Made by a program: the position numbers and the translations under genes. The notes under the pieces are model-generated. The model saw only the letters and a list, made by a program, of their open reading frames with translations, ran no database searches and was not told the origin of the DNA. Below, piece after piece: positions 39,801-51,806 of a stretch of DNA of 64,000 nucleotides (positions within the stretch are counted from its first letter, which is position 1; each line of letters starts with the position of its first letter). Source of the DNA: Octopus bimaculoides (taxonomy: Eukaryota); contig NC_068984.1 in assembly GCF_001194135.2 (NCBI RefSeq), forward strand, positions 63,434,211 to 63,498,210, given 5' to 3'.

Positions 39801-41117
39801 TGAAATATTTCTTTCTTAGCTTCATTTAAACCAAAATGAAAATCATCAGAACATTATCGCATTCTCAAGCCTATATATGATAAACTAGCAGCACTTGTAC
39901 TTTGCCGAAGAGGAGGCATTGCACAATTTAAGCATGTTTTGTAATATTATAATGTGAAATCGTATTGAGGTCAAATCCAGTGAAAAATATATGCCAATCA
40001 TACCTTTATTGTCGAGAAAGATTTGCTCTACATAATATAGCCGCATAATATATAACTGAAAATTCAAAACAAGCGTGGGATTACAAATTTTCTGTTATCA
40101 GTAGAATATTGTGCGTTTATACGATTGTTGAATTCACTTGCTGTTTCTCCCTACGGCACTTTTCGTTAGTATCTATTTTCCTATTCTCTTCAAATAACAC
40201 AATTCCTTATTTAAATATCTATGGTCTTGGATAGATTCTATAATCTACATTTCTTATGAAAACCCCCAATGCTTTTATTATCAGAAGCTTCGAAAAATCC
40301 TGTTAACACCAATAGGTAGTAAGTTAAGAGGCTATTTTGTTTTCAATAGAATGTTCATGTGTAATTTTGTTTAATTGCACCTGTGAGGTAATTGAGAAAA
40401 CGAGCATGTTACTTTTCAAATCACAATCGAGAAGAAATAAATGTTGAATTATGATTCTTTATCCAAGCACGATTAATATAACTATAAATGTATACACAAT
40501 CACTCCTTAAGAAAATCACGAATAAAATAACACGTGCTAAAAATATTTTTGTGCCAAACTGTTTAGTTTACAGAGACAATTTTCAGTGAGCTTTCGATAT
40601 ATGTGTGATTGAAATAGACGTAAATGATTATGAATTCATCAATATAGTTTTGAAATAGTGTATCCAAATATTCCAAGCCATTAAAATCAGAAAATGTTCT
40701 AGAGAAAATAAAAACGATTCGGAAACATTCATTAATAAAATGCTTTCCTCATATTCAATATTTCTGTTGGAAAATATATTATACACTAAATTTCAAATGC
40801 ATTATTTAACTGTATGTTAGAAACGAAACCATTTTACGTTCTGCTATTATAGAAATTTTTCATACATGTTGTAAACGTTAAACCTAATGTACCAGCAGGA
40901 TATACAGATTCAAAATTAATATTTATATTTCTGTGGATAACTGGCTACAATATGCGGATCAAATATATTCTAGAAGTGTTTAGCAAAAAGTACTCATAAC
41001 AATAACTATGCAACACGATATATTAAACAAAAGTTATAACAATGAATAAGTGGATCTTCAAGACTGAATTAACAGTGAACAATTTTTTTTTACTTTATTA
41101 ATATTTAATTTTAGATT

Positions 41118-41510
41118 ACGGCTACAAGGTAGCAGAATGTTTAGCACTCCGGGCAAAATGCTAAGCGTTACTTTGCACCTCTTGACGGTCTGAATTCAAA
41201 TTCCAAAGAGGTCGACTTTACCTTTCATCCTTTCGGGGTTGATAAAATAAGTACCAGTTGATTATTGGATTGATGGCCCCAAAACTGATGGCCACAATTT
41301 AATTTTAGGTAACGGTGGCAAGGTGGCAGAATCGTTAGCACGCCGGAGGAAATGATTAGTATCATTTTGTTCGTCTTTACGTGTTAAATTCAAAGCCCTG
41401 AGAGGACAACATTTCCTTCCGTCCTTTTGGGGTCGGTAGAATAAAAATCAATTGAGCACTGGCATCAGTGTAATGGACTTTTGGCGCAAAGCCAAGATTG
41501 GTGGCCTTTT
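41118..41510 (+). mobile_element. Two tandem decayed SINE family A copies
   Basis: Heads GGTAGCAGAATGTTTAGCACTCCGGGCAAAATG and GGTGGCAGAATCGTTAGCACGCCGG; body GGTCGACTTTACCTTTCATCCTTTCGGGGTTGATAAAATAAGTACCAG. Confidence 0.8.
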
Positions 41511-42889
41511 GTCACAATTTGTAGTTAATGTTTCATTGTAGGTTCCAATTTGAAATCATAGAACGATTGGCGTTTTCATCCTTGAACGACGTTAACAAAA
41601 TTGTATGTGTCGGGTAGTGGGATCAATTAAAAATTTGTTTTCATCGATTTCGAAAAATACACACATAGACACACTGTAAATACACAATTGCAAAATACTC
41701 TTTTGGATACGTGTTGGAGTGAAATGCATATTTTGCTAAATATCTTAGTGCTAAAGCAAAACTGAGTAGAAATCCTGCGGTAACTAAGCATGATGCAGAT
41801 ACTAATGTCATTAATGCACTTCGGGATATTCAGTTCTTAGATATGAAGGCATATAGGCTAATGGCTACGGGGGTTTTGTTTCACAATTATAATGTCGTCG
41901 CTTCAGCTTCAGCTACTCGTATTAGCAGCACATCGTGTCCTTTGGTGAGGCGTATCATTTGTCATTGCGTATCAAACAAGTGCTTGTGTAGCCTTCAATT
42001 TTTTCTCCAGTTGTCACCTGCTCGATGGATTTATCATATCTTATCGGTATTAAATATGCATCCAAAACGATACTAAGTCATCCGAGTTTGCGAGTAACTT
42101 TGAATTTCACCTTAGCGGGTAGTTCTTATTCAGCTGACGAAGAATACATATAGTATTTTTAGGAGAACTAAAACAACAGAACATAGTGAATTCTATCAAC
42201 AATTTGATAAATAGATAAAATGCAATTGTTGAATCACTGGGAAATGATTCTTTTCACTGTTTTGATTCTTTTAACTGTTTTGCAGGGATATGAAACCCCA
42301 ACAAAAATATCTCTAGCTTAAAATGAAGACTATATCATTGATATTTTCTAGCAATGTAGTAAAAAGTATGAATATTAGCGGATCATATTTTATCCTCTCA
42401 TTTAATATACAGTATATTTGACGTTTAATGCATAATGTGTAACAAGTGAAAGATGTGCAGTTGCTTACTCCAATGCTACAATATGTCTAAGAATTTCACA
42501 ATTTAGCTACTTATGTGCACTAGAAAATGTAAGCATATTGTAAAAAAAATATGCTCCGGTTAGGGGAGCTATATATACGTCAGAAATATATTTAGTTTTA
42601 CAAATAAATAGAATATCAACAATTTTTTGCGTTAGGCAAACACTGATTTGCCCGAGATTCAATATATACTAACAGAATCCAAAGAATATTTCTTTATATG
42701 AAGCTTAAGCAGAGAAGTTTGTACTCTACAAGGAAAACTTCACGGTACATATTATATCACAAGACGGCCAATCTGGTTGGGAAGTCTCTTACCTAACTGA
42801 CATGGTTAAAGGGTCCCTAATTTATAGATAATCATTGTAAACTAGCTGATGCATTAAACATAAATGACAATATACCTTTAAAAACAATA

Positions 42890-43036
42890 TATATATGCAA
42901 CCATCTGGCAACATGTGGTCATCAAACTTTTATTATATTTCCATTCCATAAACTTTACAACCGGAATGAAATTGAAAGAAAATGCAAAGAAAAGGACTTT
43001 ATTAAGAAATTCAAACCCACTCTTAACAAACAATGA
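42890..43036 (+). pseudogene. C-terminal end of a PLE GIY-YIG endonuclease (Neptune-like, tentative)
   Basis: YICNHLATCGHQTFIIFPFHKLYNRNEIERKCKEKDFIKKFKPTLNKQ*; the H..C...F.IFP...R..KE..FI.KFKP.LN pattern. Not in the ORF track because it has no Met. Confidence 0.65.
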
Positions 43037-43049
43037 TTAAATTTATCTT

Positions 43050-43242
43050 ACTTGGGGTTTAAAAATCGTATCCCTATAACCAAAACACAAAAAATCTCTC
43101 AGATATCATCATTTCTATAAATAGATTTGGCATCATTTCTAAGAACAGCCAAACACCTACTGGGGTTTAAAAATCGTATCCCTACAACCCAAACACAAAA
43201 CAATAAATTAAAATATCATCATTTCTAAAAATAGATTTGACA
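43050..43242. repeat. ~108-bp-period tandem duplication
   Basis: TACT(T)GGGGTTTAAAAATCGTATCCCTA...ATATCATCATTTCTA.AAATAGATTTG occurs twice, immediately downstream of the PLE stop and ending at an N gap. Confidence 0.8.
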
Positions 43243-43677
43243 NNNNNNNNNNNNNNNNNNNNNNNNNNNNNNNNNNNNNNNNNNNNNNNNNNNNNNNNNN
43301 NNNNNNNNNNNNNNNNNNNNNNNNNNNNNNNNNNNNNNNNNNNNNNNNNNNNNNNNNNNNNNNNNNNNNNNNNNNNNNNNNNNNNNNNNNNNNNNNNNNN
43401 NNNNNNNNNNNNNNNNNNNNNNNNNNNNNNNNNNNNNNNNNNNNNNNNNNNNNNNNNNNNNNNNNNNNNNNNNNNNNNNNNNNNNNNNNNNNNNNNNNNN
43501 NNNNNNNNNNNNNNNNNNNNNNNNNNNNNNNNNNNNNNNNNNNNNNNNNNNNNNNNNNNNNNNNNNNNNNNNNNNNNNNTTATATATTGTATATTCCATA
43601 TTCTATACCCCACATTGGTTCTGCAGGAATATAAATAAAACATAAAAAACAGACAGTGTTGGAACTCTTTTAAACAA

Positions 43678-43716
<39 letters not shown>

Positions 43717-44167
43717 AGTTTAAGTATGTTGTCCCTTTGAGGAGTTATATTATTATTAAGGGTGTATATAATTATTACATATACATATATGTATGCATGC
43801 GTATGTATGCGTATATATAAGTATCTGTGAACTGAGTTGGTATTGCTTTATTTTCACCATATCATAGTTTCGTGGCAAGATATTCTACTGCACATTGCCC
43901 CATGTATCCTTTCCGAATGCAAATATAAACTAGGTCCTCTGGAAATACCTGAAGGAAACTGTACCAGTATAGAGTGCAATATTACCATCACTGGAGTGCA
44001 ATTTCACTCACCCACACCAAATGAGCGGAGATTATATAGCAGGTACAATATTGAAATTGGACATGTTCTCACGAGCTAACTAGAATGGATACAATTGGAA
44101 ACTTTTTTTTACAATAACCATTATCTCTGAGATGGATACAAATATTGCAACAGTAAATTTACTAATA

Positions 44168-44340
44168 TAGTTCTATATTTAAGAGATGAGGAATTATGTA
44201 CATTATTTACATTTGACGGATATTTGTCCTCATCTTGTTTGTTGTTAGCACAACCTTTCGGCTGATATACCCTCCAGCCTTCATCAGGTGTCTTGAGGAA
44301 ATTTCGAACTTGCGTTCTCGTTCCTGATGTATTTTTCGAT
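44168..44340 (-). mobile_element. PLE terminal-repeat unit with hammerhead motif (44247-44292)
   Basis: rc GACACCTGATGAAGGCTGGAGGGTATATCAGCCGAAAGGTTGTGCT: core and stem II intact, stem III palindrome broken by C>G. The 5' side abuts (AAG)n. Confidence 0.88.
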
Positions 44341-45010
44341 CTTCTTCTTCTTCTTCTTCTTCTTCTTCTTCTTCTTCTTCTTCTTCTTCTTCTTCTTCTT
44401 CTTCTTCTTCTTCTTCTTCTTCTTCTTCTTCTTCTTCTTCTTCTTCTTCTTCTTCTTNNNNNNNNNNNNNNNNNNNNNNNNNNNNNNNNNNNNNNNNNNN
44501 NNNNNNNNNNNNNNNNNNNNNNNNNNNNNNNNNNNNNNNNNNNNNNNNNNNNNNNNNNNNNNNNNNNNNNNNNNNNNNNNNNNNNNNNNNNNNNNNNNNN
44601 NNNNNNNNNNNNNNNNNNNNNNNNNNNNNNNNNNNNNNNNNNNNNNNNNNNNNNNNNNNNNNNNNNNNNNNNNNNNNNNNNNNNNNNNNNNNNNNNNNNN
44701 NNNNNNNNNNNNNNNNNNNNNNNNNNNNNNNNNNNNNNNNNNNNNNNNNNNNNNNNNNNNNNNNNNNNNNNNNNNNNNGGAGGAGAAGGAGGAGAAGGAG
44801 TAGAAGAAGAAGAAGAAGAAGGAGGGCAAGGAGGAGAAGGAGGAGAAGAAGGAGGAGAAGGAGTAGAAGAAGAAGAAGAAGAAGAAGGAGGAGAAGGAGG
44901 AGAAGGAGTAGAAGAAGAAGAAGGAGGAGGAGAAGGAGAAGGAGGAGAAGAAGAAGAAGAAGAAGAAGAAGAAGAAGAAGAAGAAGAAGAAGAAGAAGAA
45001 GAAGAAGAAG
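44341..45010. repeat. (CTT)n - N gap - (GGA/GAA)n microsatellite
   Basis: Directly visible; source of the poly-K/L/F/E ORFs. Confidence 0.95.
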
Positions 45011-45014
45011 ATCT

Positions 45015-45150
45015 TAAAATACCTTAGGAATGAGAACCCAGGTTCGAAATTTTCCCAAGAAACCTGATGAAGGCTTGAGTGTATATCAGCCGAAAAGTTG
45101 TGTTAACAACAAAGATGAGCACAAATATCCGTCAAATGTAAATAAGAATA
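45015..45150 (+). mobile_element. PLE terminal-repeat unit with mutated hammerhead motif (45059-45104)
   Basis: AATACCTTAGGAATGAGAACCCAGGTTCGAAATTTTCCCAAGAAACCTGATGAAGGCTTGAGTGTATATCAGCCGAAAAGTTGTGTT; preceded by (GAA)n. Confidence 0.88.
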
Positions 45151-46725
45151 AATTTGCTTTATATAATGTTACCTTTTAAAGTTGTCCTAATACTCACAGA
45201 TAATGTTCCCAATTACTGGTATTAACATCAACTTGTAATGCTTATAATGATTATGTTTACAAACATGGTCTCAAGTTTTATCACAACATTTTATATATCT
45301 AATGTGTTTAGAAGCGCTCTATCTGTCATGCCTTTGACATATTTGGTTTGTAGTATTTAATGTGTTATTAATGAAATATTTCCCAAAACGGCAACAAACG
45401 AGAACAGAAGGCATTTTATGACAAATCATTTACCCAAAGGTAACAGAGAAATTACTTTGGCATTGGTAGCAAGGATCAGTAAATCCACAATTAATCTCTC
45501 GCATATGATTACATATGGACAAATCTATTTTAAGATTGTTATTTCATTATACTAATGAAATAACATGTTCCCGTGGGAATTCGTGAGTAATTGAGATTTG
45601 AATTATGCAAGAAAAACAGAAAAGTAAAGCTATTGATTGGAATTCCGTACGAAATCAGTCTTGCAAGAAATGACAATAATTCATCTTATTATTATAAGAA
45701 ATCCCGACTCAGGGATTGCACATCCTTTGGTTTCTGGTGATAGAATTAACAAAATACACCATTTTATACATGAATTGTTTATATGAATTTTCTACACTTA
45801 TTTTCAAGGAAATAAATTAATTAAACAGAATATAGTTTACATTAAAAACAATAAATAGAATAAAATGCAATCAGCAGAAGTATTATACTATGATTGATTG
45901 TATTTAAGTAATTCTATAGAGCAAATATTCATTAAAATGCAAGAAGCCCTCTCTATAATAAAAAAAAGTCATAAATTAAAGTTTTAGGAGAACAAATTAT
46001 ACTCATGCATAGTTATCAGCATATATGCGCGGAAGGGTGTATGTATGCAAGTTTGTATTCAGCATATACATAAACGTGTGTATAAGGTGTTATATAAAGA
46101 TATTTGGCACACGTTAGTTCGTCTCTTAGGTTAGGTGCAAATCAGGCACTTCGCTGGCAAATGGCAACCATCATCTCAAAGTTAATTATATTCCCTAATT
46201 ATATTGCCTATAACTTCTGATCTAGAATTTGGATTGGAAGACCTTACCAGGATGGTCACACTACAACCGATGTGTTGAACAGAGAGTCCTTTGTGATAGC
46301 ACGCGAAAATAAAGGTCTTGAGAAAAGTACTGTTGCCTTATAGCGTTTTGCAGGCATGGATTTTCCAAATATTTTCCTTTTATCATTGATCGCCATGTTC
46401 TAATCGACTTTATATAAGCTTAAGAATGCATTATGATCCGAAATTCTCTTACTTTATGTTATCAAATATCATTTTTATTCGTGTACATGTAGAATTATGA
46501 ATACGGTAATTAAAATGGAACTTGAAATATTTCATACTTTTATTAGAAAGTATGAAATTTAATGAAACTTAAAACCTTTTAATTTACATTTATCGTTGTA
46601 GTAGCCCCTTATTATAAATATGTAGCCGGCTATAATTGCATTTACATGTGTCTTTCATCCTTCCGACGAAAATATTCGACGATTCCAACTGGAGCGACGT
46701 ATCATGTGAGTTGATAATATATTTA

Positions 46726-46862
46726 CTGTTAGCTCTTTACAATTATTTCCTCGTTATGTAGGCCTCTTTTTCTGTTAGCTCCTTACTATTATTACCATGT
46801 CATATAGGCATATTTTGCTGTTAGATGTTTACAATTATTACATCGTTATATAGACCTGTTTG
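46726..46862. repeat. Degenerate 46-bp minisatellite x3
   Basis: Units start CTGTTAG at 46726, 46772 and 46818, each followed by ..TTAC(A/T)ATTATT...TAG(G/A)C. Confidence 0.8.
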
Positions 46863-48339
46863 CAAAATATGCGTTATTGTATCAACCAGTCGACGAATCT
46901 TTTAAATAGCTGTAAATTCTAACCCTCCTCGCGAAATATGAATATCAATATGTAACATCTCATCTTCATGAATTATTTTCATATGGTTTTAGGTCTATTT
47001 TTTACTTATCTAACTTTTTATCTCTCTCATTTTCTCTGTCTATCTATTTTTCTATCTTTCTGTCTGTGTATAAATGTATGTATATTCATACCTAGGTACA
47101 TATATACATAGATACATAAATACACATATAGACATGTGTGTGCATGCATGTACATGTGTGTGAGTGTATGTATTTGAGTGTGTATGTGTGTGGTATTGCG
47201 GTCTGACTTTTTTTAAATACCACTTAGGTGGTACCATGTTATCTTCACTTCTAATATTACAATATTTTGATTATCAGTACCATCTTATCTTCTTCAATAT
47301 GTGTATTTAATCTAGTTTAATGCGAATAGAATGTTTCTGTATAAGTATTGACACATGTTATCACTATTATGCTATTAGAAGAAATCAAGAAAGCTATTCA
47401 TCCTTTATCGAATACATTATAAGGAAGACATATTCAAATAATCACATTTGAAATCTGTTTATCTGATAACTGTCAACTACTACTTTTGAATACATTATCA
47501 TTCTTCTCTCGTACAGTGCGTTTGTAATTGATTTAGGTAACAGCTTTATCCTCCTGTATATAGCTTGAATATTTATGTGCTACGCTGTATAGAACATTCC
47601 TTAAATTTTCATACTTCGTAGGGGTAATATTCTTTATTACTCATGTAAAATATCACCGTTGTTTATATAAAACAGGCTTTTAGAATGTTACTCAGAATTT
47701 AGTGCATCACGTAAACGACTTTATAGCATCGTTTCCAAACTTTATGCACTTTTTCATTTCATATTCTTCGCTGTGAATAAAATGGAAAATAAGATATTGG
47801 AATTTAAGTTGTTGAAATATAAATCCATCCTAAAGGATCATATAAAGAGTGGAGATATTACTACAGCGATAAATTTAGCTTCATTTAAGTGATAATTATA
47901 ACTGTTTTGCTACGAGAAAATTCATAGTTGGGTATTTAAAATTTGAATGGGAAAGATATTAAAAGTAAACTTAAATTACCCTTCAGAAATAAATGGCTGA
48001 AATACATTGGTCCAATCAGGAGAAGTATTATTAATATTGTCACAGATAAAGAATAAAGTGACATAGCTTGAATTCAGAGAAGGACATCTAGGATAAAACG
48101 GAAGAAATAGAAAGGTGTGGAAATTATCAAAGGTTATCCAAAAACACAGAAGAATAACTCTAGTGCTCCGTCAGAGAATTCATCAAAGCAAAGAAACTAA
48201 GTGAAGGAATTGAATTCTTATGTTAAAGAAATTGTGAACTGACACTATATATGTTCATGTGTGTGTGCGTGAGCATGTTTGTGTGAGCTCGTGTCTACAT
48301 GCATATATATGTTTGACTGTGTAATGTACGTATATACAA

Positions 48340-48545
48340 AGGTAGTGAGCTGGCAAAATCGTTAGCACATCGGACATAATACTTAGCGTATTTCTTCCGT
48401 CTTTAAGTTCTGATTTCAAAATCCGCCCAGTTAAACTTTGCTTTTCATCCTTTCGGAGACGATAAAATAAGTATAAGTCCAGCACTTGGATCGATGCAAT
48501 CGACTTACTCTCGGCCCGAAATTTCTGGACTTGCGTCAAATTTCA
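48340..48545 (+). mobile_element. Decayed SINE family A copy
   Basis: GAGCTGGCAAAATCGTTAGCAC...ACTTTGCTTTTCATCCTTTCGGAGACGATAAAATAAGTA...GATCGATGCAATCGACTT. Confidence 0.8.
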
Positions 48546-49255
48546 AATTTGTATGTATATACGACAGTATAACAGTTCTACTATACAACATGTCATGTAT
48601 AGAATTTTGACGTCAACGAATGCTTAATATTTAATGTATTTGATTTTAGATACAAACAGCGCCTCTTTAATGAAATTCTGAGGCACCTGTGATATTATTT
48701 CACTCAGTCACTCAGATTAACGAGATTAACTAAACAGAAAATAGTGACCCTCTTGTCTAGGCATAATACGCCATATTGAAGAAGAATCTATTATTACGAG
48801 ATTGATTCACATTGTGCTGGACGTAAAGCCTTAATTTGACCGAAGTGACGCTCTGCAAGCCAGCAAATATCATTTCCTTTACATTACAGAAAATCAAAAC
48901 CTATCCTTTGAAGAGGTATCACATTCGTTCTTGTATGAAACATCAACAGTGATGCATCTGAAGAGTTGTAGATGTCTTAGCAGAAAGGAATATACCTGAA
49001 CAATTACGAGAAATAAGAGTGCAAAATATTTAATAAAATCTTTACAATGCATACACATACATAGTGAATAAATTATAATTGTGTGTAATTTCACATATAA
49101 TAGCTATTACAATTTTAATAATAACTAAACCAAACTGAGGTGAAAAGGAAACAGTTTGGCTTAAATTCTGTAAAACAAGAAACTATAGTATTAATGTTTT
49201 CAGTTGCATGGAAGTTCATAATGCATTATATTTTTAGCAATGTTTCTTTGAATTA

Positions 49256-51806
49256 CACTAAGCAACAAACCTTTTACTACTATTAGACGAAATGGTGTTC
49301 ATAGGTAATTTGGGGGTGCTGATCCCGAATCTGCAATCATTTTTGCTCTAGCACGTCACATTTCTGCGCTATGATTATTATACTGCTATCAAAATTACAA
49401 TAATGTAAAATGAATGTTATATTAAGCGTAATTTACCGTTATTTGGTACAAGAACAATAGCAACTAGGTGGACAAGTAGCTCTAAAACCAATAAAACAAA
49501 TCAAAAGCGTAAAGTGAATATTATTAATTTTATGTTTTTCAAAAAATTTATTTGACATCTTCTGTTATGCTTATGTTGCATGTCCGTTTCTCGTTTTTTT
49601 TAAACAAAAAGCAGTAGTCCGTCAACATGTTAGGTGTAAGTCTGCCACTGTAGCGGGTTTCAAACGCTTTGATTTCTTGATAAAATCATCGTTCACCATA
49701 TGCTCATCACTCACAACACCCGTATTGGGTGCAAAATAAGACTTGATGAGAGTGGAGAAAATGGATTTTTAGAGACATTCTTGCCCCGAGTTGCTTATAA
49801 GATTTCAAAAAAGCATTCACAATAGCAACGTATTTAGATGAATTTTCATTTCCCAAAACAAACTTTTTACAAGTGAATCAAACGTTTCCCAAGCAGTTTT
49901 CTCTACTGGGTTTCATTTTTCTTGAAAAAGCTCATTACCAATTAGTGTGCAAATTTCTGCTCCATTAAAAACATCAGCTTTGATCTTAGCCTCACTCTTG
50001 CTAGAAACAATTTTTTCACTGAGCTATTTGAATCCTTCTCCTTTTTCATTTATGGTCTTAACAAAATTCTTAAACAAGCCAAGTTTAATGTGTACGGGAG
50101 GAAGGTAAATTTTCTGAAGGTCAACTACAGGGATATATTTAACGCTGTATCTCCCTGGAGTGAAATCATTTCTCTTTGGCCACTCTTTTTCATCATAGTC
50201 ATACTTGTCATCTCTGCTTTTCCGAAGGCACAAAAAACAGTGATGATTTGTATACATCATTTGCAACTCAAGAAGCAAACCGATAACTTTCAAGTCCCCG
50301 CATATATTCCACTTGTGCTCAGAATATTTAATCAAGTGCAAACTTTTAGCCATTGATTCATAAGTCTCCTTAATCGCACAGCATGTGCTTGTGGCATTGA
50401 AGGTTTTTGACTGTCATTATGCAGTAAAACAGATTTTAGGCTTGCTATGCTGGAATCTATGAAAAGTCTCCATTCTTCAGGAGTATGCCCGTACTCCATC
50501 TCACGTAGGAGTCCTTCAACACCACAACAAAAATAAATACCGTAAAATGTTATGCAATTTTGTATGCCGCTTTCGAAAATACGAGCATTTTACACCATCG
50601 TGTTAAAGATACCATTGTTTCAACCTGGAGCCCAATAGTTCTGACCTTTCTTTTGTTAAACCTAAGTCTCTAACTAAATCATTTAACTCAAGTTAGCTTA
50701 ATAAATGAGGAACTGTTTTTGAAGATCCTGGTTCATCAGTCATCCTCTACATCACTCCGCATGCCTTCAATTGAAGTAGATGTAGTACTTACTTCACTTA
50801 AACAATCTGTGTGAAAAGATGAAGGATGTTCTGGAATTGAAATATATTCAGCAGCATGAGGAACTAGTTTTAAAGCTGAAGGGCAATCTGGATAAAAAAT
50901 CTTGGATTTGTTCCTCTTAGAGAAACCTGTGATGTTACTTAATCAGAAATAGCAGTCGGTATAGTGGTCTGTTGCTTTGCACCATATCATTGGTACTGCA
51001 AATGACATACTTTTCCGTTTACCATTCAACTATTGGGTTAGCGTTATGTAGCAGTTTTCCAACAAACATAAGACGCCCACAGTTTATCTTGGTCCCCAAC
51101 TTTGCACCCAAAGTAAAGCTTGTAAGCATTTAAATTTTTCTTTGTAAGCTCATTTCTCTCATCTTTTGGCGTGAATTTTCCACACGTGTTACAAAAGCTG
51201 TACGGGTGATTATCACAAACTTTTCTGCTCATCATAAATACATAAGTAATAATCAAAATTAACGCTCAAGAAATTCTATCAGTACACTAAAATATAAAAT
51301 TAATCATGAAGCAATTTTTTCCATCTCTAAATTTCATTGATCATTTAAATAACGATATTTACTACAAAACTACTTTTCATATAACCTGGCTATCTTATTT
51401 GATGTAATTTGTTTTAACAGCTCTAGCAGTTATCAAGAAAAGGGAGTCTGAGTGGCTTATTATAATCTAATATCAATAGCCTACTCTAAGGAGGACTTGA
51501 CTATAATTAGTGATAAAAAGTAAAATGAATTCTCATCGTGTGTGACAATTTAACACGTAGTCTAAATTTCCCTCTATCAGCACTTATTTTTGTTTCATTG
51601 ATGAGTATATTGAATGAAAATCGAAATCAAATAGCCTACTACTTTGTCAATATTATCAATTTGCTGGAACATCTAATGATGTGAATAACTAAAGAACTAC
51701 ACGTGCTATCTGAGAACTGATGTTAGATTCGTATTCAGCACCCTAAAATTACCTTAAATCAGCTGAAAATGTTTAAATAGTATGACTTTTTTTTTGTTGT
51801 CCAGTA
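49256..51806 (-). mobile_element. Chapaev3-like (CMC superfamily) DNA transposon with both ends, transposase decayed
   Basis: Left end CACTAAGCAACAAA, right end rc TACTGGACAACAAA; subterminal inverted block AGGTAATTT..GGGTGCTGA...CGAATCT at ~49303-49332 and 51725-51754; TTA on both flanks (49253-49255, 51807-51809). Minus-strand peptides MSRKVCDNHPYSFCNTCGK...AYKLYFGCKVGDQDK.WA, LNGKRKSMSFAVPMIW...DHYTDCYF, WNICGDLKVIGLLL...CFLC, LPPVHIKLGLFKNFVK. Family assignment is from memory of Chapaev3 transposases. Confidence 0.82.

Noticed and set aside
42125-42175. CTGACGA followed by the hairpin AATAC-ATATA-GTATT as a hammerhead
   Set aside because: No GAAA after the stem and no stem I or III.
44779-45027. 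Acidic poly-E/G protein tail
   Set aside because: It is a (GGA/GAA)n microsatellite running into the hammerhead repeat, not a gene.
31794-46862. Short regular repeats (14-bp x3 at 31794, 46-bp x3 at 46726) as CRISPR-like arrays
   Set aside because: Contiguous tandem units without unique spacers, eukaryotic context and no cas genes.
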